Positions 36,319-55,672 of a stretch of DNA of 64,000 bases are shown piece after piece (within the stretch, counting starts at the first letter, position 1; every line of letters begins with the position of its first letter). Where the stretch lies: the NCBI RefSeq assembly GCF_009914755.1, contig NC_060948.1, one strand, 5' to 3'. The notes below the pieces were generated by a model, which saw only the letters and a program-made list of their open reading frames with translations, made no database searches and had not been told where the DNA came from. The position numbers and the translations under genes were made by a program. The stretch comes from the human T2T-CHM13v2.0 reference genome, Homo sapiens.

Positions 36319-37849
36319 TATACATTATGTATATAATAATATACAGTATCATATATATAATATATATAACCTATGTATAATATTGTTTTACATCCTGCAT
36401 CTTATGTCATATATATTGTATAAAATATAATAATTGATAATATATAAGTTTTATATTTATACAATATGACATATATTATATATTATAATTTATGACATAT
36501 ATAATATATGTTATATATCATATATAGAATATATTAAACGGTTAATATACGTATTAAATATAAATTATACATTATATATATTATATATAATATATCTGTA
36601 ATATATAATACCCATTATGCATAATAAATATTTTATGTCTATGTTATATATAGTATAAAACAACATATAATAATATATAATTGTATATATAAAATGCGAC
36701 ATATAATATATATTATATTTTATAACATATGTAATATATATTATATATTATATATAATACGTTGAATGTATAATACCTATATTAAATATATATTATATGA
36801 CTATGTTATTAATTACACTTCACATGTGTTATATATTATATATTTTACATAGAATATACCGGTTACATACAATATATACTATGTTACCTATAATGTATAA
36901 TTTATTACATGTAAAATAAAGAATGCAATATATTATGTATAATTTATAATATACAATATGTGGAATGTGATATATATAACATATAATATATGATATATGA
37001 TATACAGTATATGATATATAACATAAAATATATGATTCCTAATATATATGGTATACAATATATATTTTATGATATGTATTCTATATGTTTTATATTCTGT
37101 TATATAAAACTATTTGAAATTATATATAACTGTATAATATTTTATGTAAATATGTAATATAATATATATAACTATATAATATATTATATATAACTATATA
37201 TTATGTTATATATACTTTTATAACATAATTTACATAAAATATCATAATATAATATATATTATATTATTTCATATTACATAATATATATTACATATCACCC
37301 AATATAACTAACATACATAATAGTATGATATAGATTATATTGTGTTATATTAAATATCATATATATCATGTATCATATATTCTATAATATATATTACACA
37401 TTATATAATATGTATGTTGTCTATTATGTGATATATATAACTATATATATAATTATATTTTTATACATATAACTGGATAAACATGTAATTCTACATATTT
37501 TCATTTATAATATGTAGAATTATATAATCATATATAATTATTTATATTCTATAAAAAATTTTATCATTATATAAATTATAATATATAAAAATTATAATAT
37601 GTACTACAAATATATATATTATATATCATATATGATATAGTACCTTTGTTATATATCATAATACATATAAATGTGTATTATGTTATCTATAATTATATAA
37701 TTTCATATATAAGATGTATAATATGTATCATATATTATATATGTTATGTAATATATATAGTATATATAAGATGACACAGGATAAATATTATACACTATGA
37801 CATATAAAATATATGAGGTTATATGTTACATATAAGGCATAGCACATAA

Positions 37850-38164
<315 letters not shown>

Positions 38165-38738
38165 AGATCCATATTTTTTAAATGAAAAAAAATTTCAAAG
38201 GTACTCTGCTTGGTACAATAATCAAATGTATAAACTGAGGAATAAAACATAACCAAGAAACCTACTTATAACTGCATATGGAAAATACAGAGGATAATTT
38301 TTTAAATAACATATTTTGAAAGCCTTAACTAGTAATTTGAAGAGCTGGCATTTGAAAGGCCAGTATGAATATACCTTCAAAGCAGCAACACAGGTTCCCC
38401 ATGAGAAAAAGCAAACACAGGGAAAATAAAAACACAAAGGTTCAATCTCTTCTGACCTTTGAAAGACACAGCACAGACAGTGGTCCTTAGGACGAAGAGC
38501 GGGAGACCCCTAATTCCGTCACCATGGCGATAGGGCATAAACATTGCTGGGTGAGGGCACAATCCACATTGTGAGGTCCAACTGCTGCCAGGAAGACAGG
38601 AGTGCTTTTACATAGACCGAAAGGTCATTGAAGGCTCAGAGTTTTGTTTCAAGAACTGAATCCCAAGCCCACACGTTATTAGGCTGCGCTTCTTAAAACA
38701 AGTTATGAGATGGGGAAAAGGGCACCCACAAACATACG
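38165..38738. repeat. HSATI-type segment (U17)
   Basis: Copy of 467-1040. Confidence 0.8.
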
Positions 38739-40267
38739 TATACATTATGTATATAATAATATACAGTATCATATATATAATATATATAACCTATGTATAA
38801 TATTGTTTTACATCCTGCATCTTATGTTATATATATTGTATAAAATATAATAATTGATAATATATAAGTTTTATAATTATACAATATGACATATAGTATA
38901 TATTATAATTTATGACATATAATATATGTTATATGTCATATATAGAATATATTATACGGTTAATATACGTATTAAATATAAATTATACATTATATATATT
39001 ATATATAATATATCTGTTATATATAATACCCATTATGCATAATATATATATTATGTCTATGTTATATATAGTATAAAACAACATATAATAATATATAATT
39101 GTATATATAAAATGCGACATATAATATATATTATATTTTATAACATATGTAATATATATTATATATTATATATAATACGTTGTATGTATAATACCTATAT
39201 TAAATATATATTATATGACTATGTTATTAATTACATGTCACATGTGTTATATATTATATATTTTACATAGAATATACCGGTTACATACAATATATACTAT
39301 GTTACCTAAAATGTATAATTTATTACAAGTAAAATAAAGAATGCAATATATTATGTATAATTTATTATATACCATATGTGGAATGTGACATATATAACAT
39401 ATAATATATGATATATGATATACAGTATATGATATATAACATACAATATATGATTCCTAATATATATGGTATACAATATATATTTTATGATATGTATTCT
39501 ATATGTTTTATATTCTGTTATATATAACTATTTGAAATTATATATAACTGTATAATATTTTATGTAAATATGTAATATAATATATATAACTATATAATAT
39601 ATTATATATAACTATATATTATGTTATATATACTTTTATAACATAATTTACATAAAATATCATAATATAATATATATTATATTATTTCATATTACATAAT
39701 ATATATTACATATCACCCAATATAACTAACATACAGAATATTATAATATAGATTATATTGTGTTATATTAAATATCATATATATCATGTATCATATATTC
39801 TATAATATATATTACACATTATATAATATGTATGTTGTCTATTATGTGATATATATAACTATATATATAATTATATTTTTATACATATAACTGGATAAAC
39901 ATGTAATTCTACATATTTTCATTTATAATATGTAGAATTATATAATCATATATAATTATTTATATTCTATAAAAAATTTTATCATTATATAAATTATAAT
40001 ATATAAAAATTATAATATGTACTACAAATATATATATTATATATCATATATGATATAGTACCTTTGTTATATATCATAATACATATAAATGTGTATTATG
40101 TTATCTATAATTATATAATTTCATATATAAGATGTATAATATGTATCATATATTATATATGTTATGTAATATATATAGTATATATAAGATGACACAGGAT
40201 AAATATTATACACTATGACATATAAAATATATGAGGTTATATGTTACATATAAGGCATAGCACATAA

Positions 40268-40582
<315 letters not shown>

Positions 40583-41156
40583 AGATCCATATTTTTTAAA
40601 TGAAAAAAAATTTCAAAGGTACTCTGCTTGGTACAATAATCAAATGTATAAACTGAGGAATAAAACATAACCATGAAACCTACTTATAACTGCATATGGA
40701 AAATACAGAGGATAATTTTTTAAATAACATATTTTGAAAGCCTTAACTAGTAATTTGAAGAGTTGGCATTTGAAAGGCCAGTATGAATATACCTTCAAAG
40801 CAGCAACACAGGTTCCCCATGAGAAAAAGCAAACACAGGGAAAATAAAAACACAAAGGTTCAATCTCTTCTGACCTTTGAAAGACACAGCACAGACAGTG
40901 GTCCTTAGGACGAAGAGCAGGAGACCCCTAATTCCGTCACCATGGCGATAGGGCATAAACATTGCTGGGTGAGGGCACAATCCACATTGTGAGGTCCAAC
41001 TGCTGCCAGGAAGACAGGAGTGCTTTTACATAGACCAAAAGGTCATTGAAGGCTCAGAGTTTTGTTTCAAGAACTGAATCCCAAGCCCACACGTTATTAG
41101 GCTGCGCTTCTTAAAACAAGTTATGAGATGGGAAAAAGGACACCCACAAACATACG
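40583..41156. repeat. HSATI-type segment (U18)
   Basis: Copy of 467-1040. Confidence 0.8.
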
Positions 41157-42687
41157 TATACATTATGTATATAATAATATACAGTATCATATATATAATA
41201 TATATAACCTATGTATAATATTGTTTTACATCCTGCATCTTATGTCATATATATTGTATAAAATATAATAATTGATAATATATAAGTTTTATATTTATAC
41301 AATATGACATATAGTATATATTATAATTTATGACATATATAATATATGTTATATATCATATATAGAATATATTATACGGTTAATATACGTATTAAATATA
41401 AATTATACATTATATATATTATATATAATATATCTGTTATATATAATACCCATTATGCATAATATATATATTATGTCTATGTTATATATAGTATAAAACA
41501 ACATATAATAATATATAATTGTATATATAAAATGCGACATATAATATATATTATATTTTATAACATATGTAATATATGTTATATATTATATATAATACGT
41601 TGAATGTATAATACCTATATTAAATATATATTATATGACTATGTTATTAATTACATGTCACATGTGTTATATATTATATATTTTACATAGAATATACCGG
41701 TTACATACAATATATACTATGTTACCTATAATGTATAATTTATTACATGTAAAATAAAGAATGCAATATATTATGTATAATTTATAATATACAATATGTG
41801 GAATGTGATATATATAACATATAATATATGATATATGATATACAGTATATGATATATAACATACAATATATGATTCCTAATATATATGGTATACAATATA
41901 TATTTTATGATATGTATTCTATATGTTTTATATTCTGTCATATATAACTATTTGAAATTATATATAACTGTATAATATTTTATGTAAATATGTAATATAA
42001 TATATATAATTATATAATATATTATATATAACTATATATTATGTTACATATACTTTTATAACATAATTTACATAAAATATCATAATATAATATATATTAT
42101 ATTATTTCATATTACATAATATATATTACATATCACCCAATATAACTAACATACATAATATTATACTATAGATTATATTATGTTATATTAAATATCATAT
42201 ATATCATGTATCATATATTCTATAATATATATTACACATTATATAATATGTATGTTGTCTATTATGTGATATATATAACTATATATATAATTATATTTTT
42301 ATACATATAACTAGATAAACATGTAATTCTACATATTTTCATTTATAATATGTAGAATTATATAATCATATATAATTATTTATATTCTATAAAAAATTTT
42401 ATCATTATATAAATTATAATATATAAAAAGTATAATATGTACTACGAATATATATATTATATATCATATATGATATAGTACCTTTGTTATATATCATAAT
42501 ACATATAAATGTGTATTATGTTATCTATAATTATATAATTTCATATATAAGATGTATAATATGTATCATATATTATATATGTTATGTAATATATATAGTA
42601 TATATAAGATGACACAGGATAAATATTATATACTATGACATATAAAATATATGAGGTTATATGTTACATATAAGGTATAGCACATAA

Positions 42688-43002
<315 letters not shown>

Positions 43003-43576
43003 AGATCCATATTTTTTAAATGAAAAAAAATTTCAAAGGTACTCTGCTTGGTACAATAATCAAATGTATAAACTGAGGAATAAAACATAACCATGAAACC
43101 TACTTATAACTGCATATGGAAAATACAGAGGATAATTTTTTAAATAACATATTTTGAAAGCCTTAACTAGTAATTTGAAGAGTTGGCATTTGAAAGGCCA
43201 GTATGAATATACCTTCAAAGCAGCAACACAGGTTCCCCATGAGAAAAAGCAAACACAGGGAAAATAAAAACACAAAGGTTCAATCTCTTCTGACCTTTGA
43301 AAGACACAGCACAGACAGTGGTCCTTAGGGCGAAGAGCAGGAGACCCCTAATTCCGTCACCATGGCGATAGGGCATAAACATTGCTGGGTGAGGGCACAA
43401 TCCACATTGTGAGGTCCAACTGCTGCCAGGAAGACAGGAGTGCTTTTACATAGACCGAAAGGTCATTGAAGGCTCAGAGTTTTGTTTCAAGAACTGAATC
43501 CCAAGCCCACACGTTATTAGGCTGCGCTTCTTAAAACAAGTTATGAGATGGGAAAAAGGGCACCCACAAACATACG
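43003..43576. repeat. HSATI-type segment (U19)
   Basis: Copy of 467-1040. Confidence 0.8.
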
Positions 43577-45105
43577 TATACATTATGTATATAATAATAT
43601 ACAGTATCATATATATACTATATATAACCTATGTATAATATTGTTTTACATCCTGCATCTTATGTTATATATATTGTATAAAATATAATAATTGATAATA
43701 TATAAGTTTTATAATTATACAATATGACATATAGTGTATATTATAATTTATGACATATATAATATATGTTATATATCATATATAGAGTATATTATACGGT
43801 TAATATACGTATTAAATATAAATTATACATTATATATATTATATATAATATATCTGTTATATATAATACCCATTATGCCTAATATATATATTATGTCTAT
43901 GTTATATATAGTATAAAACAACATATAATAATATATAATTGTATATATAAAATGCGACATATAATATATATTATATTTTATAACATATGTAATATATATT
44001 ATATATTATATATAATACGTTGTATGTATAATACCTATATTAAATATATATTATATGACTATGTTATTAATTACATGTCACATGTGTTATATATTATATA
44101 TTTTACATAGAATATACCGGTTACATACAATATATACTATGTTACCTATAATGTATAATTTATTACATGTAAAATAAAGAATGCAATATATTATGTATAA
44201 TTTATAATATACAATATGTGGAATGTGATATATATATCATATAATATATGATATATGATATACAGTATATGATATATAACATACAATATATGATTCCTAA
44301 TATATATGGTATACAATATATATTTTATGATATGTATTCTATATGTTTTATATTCTGTTATATATAACTATTTGAAATTATATATAACTGTATAATATTT
44401 TATGTAAATATGTAATATAATATATATAACTATATAATATATTATATATAACTATATATTATGTTATATATACTTTTATAACATAATTTACATAAAATAT
44501 CATAATATAATATATATTATATTATTTCATATTACATAATATATATTACATATCACCCAATATAACTAACATACATAATATTATAATATAGATTACATTA
44601 TGTTATATTAAATATCATATATATCATGTATCATATATTCTATAATATATATTACACATTATATAATATGTATGTTGTCTATTATGTGATATATATAACT
44701 ATATATAATTATATTTTTATACATATAACTAGATAAACATGTAATTCTACATATTTTCATTTATAATATGTAGAATTATATAATCATATATAATTATTTA
44801 TATTCTATAAAAAATTTTATCATTATATAAATTATAATATATAAAAATTATAATATGTACTACAAATATATATATTATATATCATATATGATATAGTACC
44901 TTTGTTATATATCATAATACATATAAATGTGTATTATGTTATCTATAATTATATAATTTCATATATAAGATGTATAATATGTATCATATATTATATATGT
45001 TATGTAGTATATATAGTATATATAAGATGACACAGGATAAATATTATATACTATGACATATAAAATATATGAGGTTATATGTTACATATAAGGCATAGCA
45101 CATAA

Positions 45106-45420
<315 letters not shown>

Positions 45421-45994
45421 AGATCCATATTTTTTAAATGAAAAAAAATTTCAAAGGTACTCTGCTTGGTACAATAATCAAATGTACAAACTGAGGAATA
45501 AAACATAACCATGAAACCTACTTATAACTGCATATGGAAAATACAGAGGATAATTATTTAAATAACATATTTTGAAAGCCTTAACTAGTAATTTGAAGAG
45601 GTGGCATTTGAAAGACCAGTATGAATATACCTTCAAAGCAGCAACACAGGTTCCCCATGAGAAAAAGCAAACACAGGGAAAATAAAAACACAAAGGTTCA
45701 ATCTCTTCTGACCTTTGAAAGACACAGCACAGACAGTGGTCCTTAGGACGAAGAGCAGGAGACCCCTAATTCCGTCACCATGGCGATAGGGCATAAACAT
45801 TGCTGGGTGAGGGCACAATCCACATTGTGAGGTCCAACTGCTGCCAGGAAGACAGGAGTGCTTTTACATAGACCGAAAGGTCATTGAAGGCTCAGAGTTT
45901 TGTTTCAAGAACTGAATCCCAAGCCCACACGTTATTAGGCTGCGCTTCTTAAAACAAGTTATGAGATGGGAAAAAGGGCACCCACAAACATACG
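45421..45994. repeat. HSATI-type segment (U20)
   Basis: Copy of 467-1040. Confidence 0.8.
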
Positions 45995-47525
45995 TATACA
46001 TTATGTATATAATAATATACAGTATCATATATATAATATATATAACCTATGTATAATATTGTTTTACATCCTGCATCTTATGTTATATATATTGTATAAA
46101 ATATAATAATTGATAATATATAAGTTTTATAATTATACAATATGACATATAGTATATATTATAATTTATGACATATATAATATATGTTATATATCATATA
46201 TAGAGTATATTATACGGTTAATATACGTATTAAATATAAATTATACATTATATATATTATATATAATATATCTGTTATATATAATACCCATTATGCATAA
46301 TATATATATTATGTCTATGTTATATATAGTATAAAACAACATATAATAATATATAATTGTATATATAAAATGCGACATATAATATATATTATATTTTATA
46401 ACATATGTAATATATGTTATATATTATATATAATACGTTGAATGTATAATACCTATATTAAATATATATTATATGACTATGTTATTAATTACATGTCACA
46501 TGTGTTATATATTATATATTTTACATAGAATATACCGGTTACATACAATATATACTATGTTACCTATAATGTATAATTTATTACATGTAAAATAAAGAAT
46601 GCAATATATTATGTATAATTTATAATATACAATATGTGGAATGTGATATATATAACATATAATATATGATATATGATATACAGTATATGATATATAACAT
46701 ACAATATATGATTCCTAATATATATGGTATACAATATATATTTTATGATATGTATTCTATATGTTTTATATTCTGTCATATATAACTATTTGAAATTATA
46801 TATAACTGTATAATATTTTATGTAAATATGTAATATAATATATATAACTATATAATATATTATATATAACTATATATTATGTTATATATACTTTTATAAC
46901 ATTATTTACATAAAATATCATAATATAATATATATTATATTATTTCATATTACATAATATATATTACATATCACCCAATATAACTAACATACATAATATT
47001 ATAATATAGATTATATTATGTTATATTAAATATCATATATATCATGTATCATATATTCTATAATATATATTACACATTATATAATATGTATGTTGTCTAT
47101 TATGTGATATATATAACTATATATATAATTATATTTTTATACATATAACTAGATAAACATGTAATTCTACATATTTTCATTTATAATATGTAGAATTATA
47201 TAATCATATATAATTATTTATATTCTATAAAAAATTTTATCATTATATAAATTATAATATATAAAAATTATAATATGTACTACAAATATATATATTATAT
47301 ATCATATATGATATAGTACCTTTGTTATATATCATAATACATATAAATGTGTATTATGTTATCTATAATTATATAATTTCATATATAAGATGTATAATAT
47401 GTATCATATATTATATATGTTATGTAATATATATAGTATATATAAGATGACACAGGATAAATATTATATACTATGACATATAAAATATATGAGGTTATAT
47501 GTTACATATAAGGCATAGCACATAA

Positions 47526-47840
<315 letters not shown>

Positions 47841-48414
47841 AGATCCATATTTTTTAAATGAAAAAAAATTTCAAAGGTACTCTGCTTGGTACAATAATCA
47901 AATGTATAAACTGAGGAATAAAACATAACCATGAAACCTACTTATAACTGCATATGGAAAATACAGAGGATAATTTTTTAAATAACATATTTTGAAAGCC
48001 TTAACTAGTAATTTGAAGAGTTGGCATTTGAAAGGCCAGTATGAATATACCTTCAAAGCAGCAACACAGGTTCCCCATGAGAAAAAGCAAACACAGGGAA
48101 AATAAAAACACAAAGGTTCAATCTCTTCTGACCTTTGAAAGACACAGCACAGACAGTGGTCCTTAGGACGAAGAGCAGGAGACCCCTAATTCCGTCACCA
48201 TGGCGATAGGGCATAAACATTGCTGGGTGAGGGCACAATCCACATTGTGAGGTCCAACTGCTGCCAGGAAGACAGGAGTGCTTTTACATAGACCGAAAGG
48301 TCATTGAAGGCTCAGAGTTTTGTTTCAAGAACTGAATCCCAAGCCCACACGTTATTAGGCTGCGCTTCTTAAAACAAGTTATGAGATGGGAAAAAGGGCA
48401 CCCACAAACATACG
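47841..48414. repeat. HSATI-type segment (U21)
   Basis: Copy of 467-1040. Confidence 0.8.
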
Positions 48415-49945
48415 TATACATTATGTATATAATAATATACAGTATCATATATATAATATATATAACCTATGTATAATATTGTTTTACATCCTGCATCTTA
48501 TGTTATATATATTGTATAAAATATAATAATTGATAATATATAAGTTTTATAATTATACAATATGACATATAGTATATATTATAATTTATGACATATATAA
48601 TATATGTTATATATCATATATAGAGTATATTATACGGTTAAAATACGTATTAAATATAAATTATACATTATATATATTATATATAATATATCTGTTATAT
48701 ATAATACCCATTATGCATAATATATATATTATGTCTATGTTATATATAGTATAAAACAACATATAATAATATATAATTGTATATATAAAATGCGACATAT
48801 AATATATATTATATTTTATAACATATGTAATATATATTATATATTATATATAATACGTTGTATGTATAATACCTATATTAAATATATATTATATGACTAT
48901 GTTATTAATTACATGTCACATGTGTTATATATTATATATTTTACATAGAATATACCGGTAACATACAATATATACTATGTTACGTATAATGTATAATTTA
49001 TTACATGTAAAATAAAGAATGCAATATATTATGTATAATTTATAATATACCATATGTGGAATGTGATATATATAACATATAATATATGATATATGATATA
49101 CAGTATATGATATATAACATACAATATATGATTCCTAATATATATGGTATACAATATATATTTTATGATATGTGTTCTATATGTTTTATATTCTGTTATA
49201 TATAACTATTTGAAATTATATATAACTGTATAATATTTTATGTAAATATGTAATATAATATATATAACTATATAATATATTATATATAACTATATATTAT
49301 GTTATGTATACTTTTATAACATTATTTATATAAAATATCATAATATAATATATATTATATTATTTCATATTACATAATATATATTACATATCACCCAATA
49401 TAACTAACATACATAATATTATAATATAGATTATATTATGTTATATTAAATATCATATATATCATGTATCATATATTCTATAATATATATTACACATTAT
49501 ATAATATGTATGTTGTCTACTATGTGATATATATAACTATATATATAATTATATTTTTATACATATAACTAGATAAACATGTAATTCTACATATTTTCAT
49601 TTATAATATGTAGAATTATATAATCATATATAATTATTTATATTCTATAAAAAATTTTATCATTATATAAATTATAATATATAAAAATTATAATATGTAC
49701 TACAAATATATATATTATATATCATATATGATATAGTACCTTTGTTATATATCATAATACATATAAATGTGTATTATGTTATCTATAATTATATAATTTC
49801 TTATATAAGATGTATAATATGTATCATATATTATATATGTTATGTAATATATATAGTATATATCAGATGACACAGGATAAATATTATATACTATGACATA
49901 TAAAATATATGAGGTTATATGTTACATATAAGGCATAGCACATAA

Positions 49946-50260
<315 letters not shown>

Positions 50261-50834
50261 AGATCCATATTTTTTAAATGAAAAAAAATTTCAAAGGTAC
50301 TCTGCTTGGTACAATAATCAAATGTATAAACTGAGGAATAAAACATAACCATGAAACCTACTTATAACTGCATATGGAAAATACAGAGGATAATTTTTTA
50401 AATAACATATTTTGAAAGCCTTAACTAGTAATTTGAAGAGTTGGCATTTGAAAGGCCAGTATGAATATACCTTCAAAGCAGCAACACAGGTTCCCCATGA
50501 GAAAAAGCAAACACAGGGAAAATAAAAACACAAAGGTTCAATCTCTTCTGACCTTTGAAAGACACAGCACAGACAGTGGTCCTTAGGACGAAGAGCAGGA
50601 GACCCCTAATTCCGTCACCATGGCGATAGGGCATAAACATTGCTGGGTGAGGGCACAATCCACATTGTGAGGTCCAACTGCTGCCAGGAAGACAGGAGTG
50701 CTTTTACATAGACCGAAAGGTCATTGAAGGCTCAGAGTTTTGTTTCAAGAACTGAATCCCAAGCCCACACGTTATTAGGCTGCGCTTCTTAAAACAAGTT
50801 ATGAGATGGGAAAAAGGGCACCCACAAACATACG
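50261..50834. repeat. HSATI-type segment (U22)
   Basis: Copy of 467-1040. Confidence 0.8.
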
Positions 50835-52363
50835 TATACATTATGTATATAATAATATACAGTATCATATATATAATATATATAACCTATGTATAATATT
50901 GTTTTACATCCTGCATCTTATGTTATATATATTGTATAAAATATAATAATTGATAATATATAAGTTTTATAATTATACAATATGACATATAGTATATATT
51001 ATAATTTATGACATATATAATATATGTTATATGTCATATATAGAATATATTATACGGTTAATATACGTATTAAATATAAATTATACATTATATATATTAT
51101 ATATAATATATCTGTTATATATAATACCCATTATGCATAATATATATATTATGTCTATGTTATATATAGTATAAAACAACATATAATAATATATAATTGT
51201 ATATATAAAATGCGACATATAATATATATTATATTTTATAACATATGTAATATATATTATATATTATATATAATACGTTGTATGTATAATACCTATATTA
51301 AATATATATTATATGACTATGTTATTAATTACATGTCACATGTGTTATATATTATATATTTTACATAGAATATACCGGTTACATACAATATATACTATGT
51401 TACCTATAATGTATAATTTATTACATGTAAAATAAGGAATGCAATATATTATGTATAATTTATAATATACCATATGTGGAATGTGATATATATAACATAT
51501 AATATATGATATATGATGTACAGTATATGATATATAACATACAATATATGATTCCTAATATATATGGTATACAATATATATTTTATGATATGTATTCTAT
51601 ATGTTTTATATTCTGTTATATATAACTATTTGAAATTATATATAACTGTATAATATTTTATGTAAATATGTAATATAATATATATAACTACATAATATAT
51701 TATAAATAACTATATATTATGTTATATATGCTTTTATAACATAATTTACATAAAATATCATAATATAACATATATTATATTATTTCATATTACATAATAT
51801 ATATTACATATCACCCAATATAACTAACATACATAATATTATAATATAGATTACATTATGTTATATTAAATATCATATATATCATGTATCATATATTCTA
51901 TAATATATATTACACATTATATAATATGTATGTTGTCTATTATGTGATATATATAACTATATATAATTATATTTTTATACATATAACTAGATAAACATGT
52001 AATTCTACATATTTTCATTTATAATATGTAGAATTATATAATCATATATAATTATTTATATTCTATAAAAAATTTTATCATTATATAAATTATAATATAT
52101 AAAAATTATAATATGTACTACAAATATATATATTATATATCATATATGATATAGTACCTTTGTTATATATCATAATACATATAAATGTGTATTATGTTAT
52201 CTATAATTATATAATTTCATATATAAGATGTATAATATGTATCATATATTATATATGTTATTTAGTATATATAGTATATATAAGATGACACAGGATAAAT
52301 ATTATATACTATGACATATAAAATATATGAGGTTATATGTTACATATAAGGCATAGCACATAA

Positions 52364-52678
<315 letters not shown>

Positions 52679-53252
52679 AGATCCATATTTTTTAAATGAA
52701 AAAAAATTTCAAAGGTACTCTGCTTGGTACAATAATCAAATGTACAAACTGAGGAATAAAACATAACCATGAAACCTACTTATAACTGCATATGGAAAAT
52801 ACAGAGGATAATTATTTAAATAACATATTTTGAAAGCCTTAACTAGTAATTTGAAGAGGTGGCATTTGAAAGACCAGTATGAATATACCTTCAAAGCAGC
52901 AACACAGGTTCCCCATGAGAAAAAGCAAACACAGGGAAAATAAAAACACAAAGGTTCAATCTCTTCTGACCTTTGAAAGACACAGCACAGACAGTGGTCC
53001 TTAGGACGAAGAGCAGGAGACCCCTAATTCCGTCACCATGGCGATAGGGCATAAACATTGCTGGGTGAGGGCACAATCCACATTGTGAGGTCCAACTGCT
53101 GCCAGGAAGACAGGAGTGCTTTTACATAGACCGAAAGGTCATTGAAGGCTCAGAGTTTTGTTTCAAGAACTGAATCCCAAGCCCACACGTTATTAGGCTG
53201 CGCTTCTTAAAACAAGTTATGAGATGGGAAAAAGGGCACCCACAAACATACG
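52679..53252. repeat. HSATI-type segment (U23)
   Basis: Copy of 467-1040; same variants as U20. Confidence 0.8.
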
Positions 53253-54783
53253 TATACATTATGTATATAATAATATACAGTATCATATATATAATATATA
53301 TAACCTATGTATAATATTGTTTTACATCCTGCATCTTATGTTATATATATTGTATAAAATATAATAATTGATAATATATAAGTTTTATAATTATACAATA
53401 TGACATATAGTATATATTATAATTTATGACATATATAATATATGTTATATATCATATATAGAGTATATTATACGGTTAATATACGTATTAAATATAAATT
53501 ATACATTATATATATTATATATAATATATCTGTTATATATAATACCCATTATGCATAATATATATATTATGTCTATGTTATATATAGTATAAAACAACAT
53601 ATAATAATATATAATTGTATATATAAAATGCGACATATAATATATATTATATTTTATAACATATGTAATATATGTTATATATTATATATAATACGTTGAA
53701 TGTATAATACCTATATTAAATATATATTATATGACTATGTTATTAATTACATGTCACATGTGTTATATATTATATATTTTACATAGAATATACCGGTTAC
53801 ATACAATATATACTATGTTACCTATAATGTATAATTTATTACATGTAAAATAAAGAATGCAATATATTATGTATAATTTATAATATACAATATGTGGAAT
53901 GTGATATATATAACATATAATATATGATATATGATATACAGTATATGATATATAACATACAATATATGATTCCTAATATATATGGTATACAATATATATT
54001 TTATGATATGTATTCTATATGTTTTATATTCTGTCATATATAACTATTTGAAATTATATATAACTGTATAATATTTTATGTAAATATGTAATATAATATA
54101 TATAACTATATAATATATTATATATAACTATATATTATGTTATATATACTTTTATAACATTATTTACATAAAATATCATAATATAATATATATTATATTA
54201 TTTCATATTACATAATATATATTACATATCACCCAATATAACTAACATACATAATATTATAATATAGATTATATTATGTTATATTAAATATCATATATAT
54301 CATGTATCATATATTCTATAATATATATTACACATTATATAATATGTATGTTGTCTATTATGTGATATATATAACTATATATATAATTATATTTTTATAC
54401 ATATAACTAGATAAACATGTAATTCTACATATTTTCATTTATAATATGTAGAATTATATAATCATATATAATTATTTATATTCTATAAAAAATTTTATCA
54501 TTATATAAATTATAATATATAAAAATTATAATATGTACTACAAATATATATATTATATATCATATATGATATAGTACCTTTGTTATATATCATAATACAT
54601 ATAAATGTGTATTATGTTATCTATAATTATATAATTTCATATATAAGATGTATAATATGTATCATATATTATATATGTTATGTAATATATATAGTATATA
54701 TAAGATGACACAGGATAAATATTATATACTATGACATATAAAATATATGAGGTTATATGTTACATATAAGGCATAGCACATAA

Positions 54784-55098
<315 letters not shown>

Positions 55099-55672
55099 AG
55101 ATCCATATTTTTTAAATGAAAAAAAATTTCAAAGGTACTCTGCTTGGTACAATAATCAAATGTATAAACTGAGGAATAAAACATAACCATGAAACCTACT
55201 TATAACTGCATATGGAAAATACAGAGGATAATTTTTTAAATAACATATTTTGAAAGCCTTAACTAGTAATTTGAAGAGTTGGCATTTGAAAGGCCAGTAT
55301 GAATATACCTTCAAAGCAGCAACACAGGTTCCCCATGAGAAAAAGCAAACACAGGGAAAATAAAAACACAAAGGTTCAATCTCTTCTGACCTTTGAAAGA
55401 CACAGCACAGACAGTGGTCCTTAGGACGAAGAGCAGGAGACCCCTAATTCCGTCACCATGGCGATAGGGCATAAACATTGCTGGGTGAGGGCACAATCCA
55501 CATTGTGAGGTCCAACTGCTGCCAGGAAGACAGGAGTGCTTTTACATAGACCGAAAGGTCATTGAAGGCTCAGAGTTTTGTTTCAAGAACTGAATCCCAA
55601 GCCCACACGTTATTAGGCTGCGCTTCTTAAAACAAGTTATGAGATGGGAAAAAGGGCACCCACAAACATACG
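55099..55672. repeat. HSATI-type segment (U24)
   Basis: Copy of 467-1040. Confidence 0.8.
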
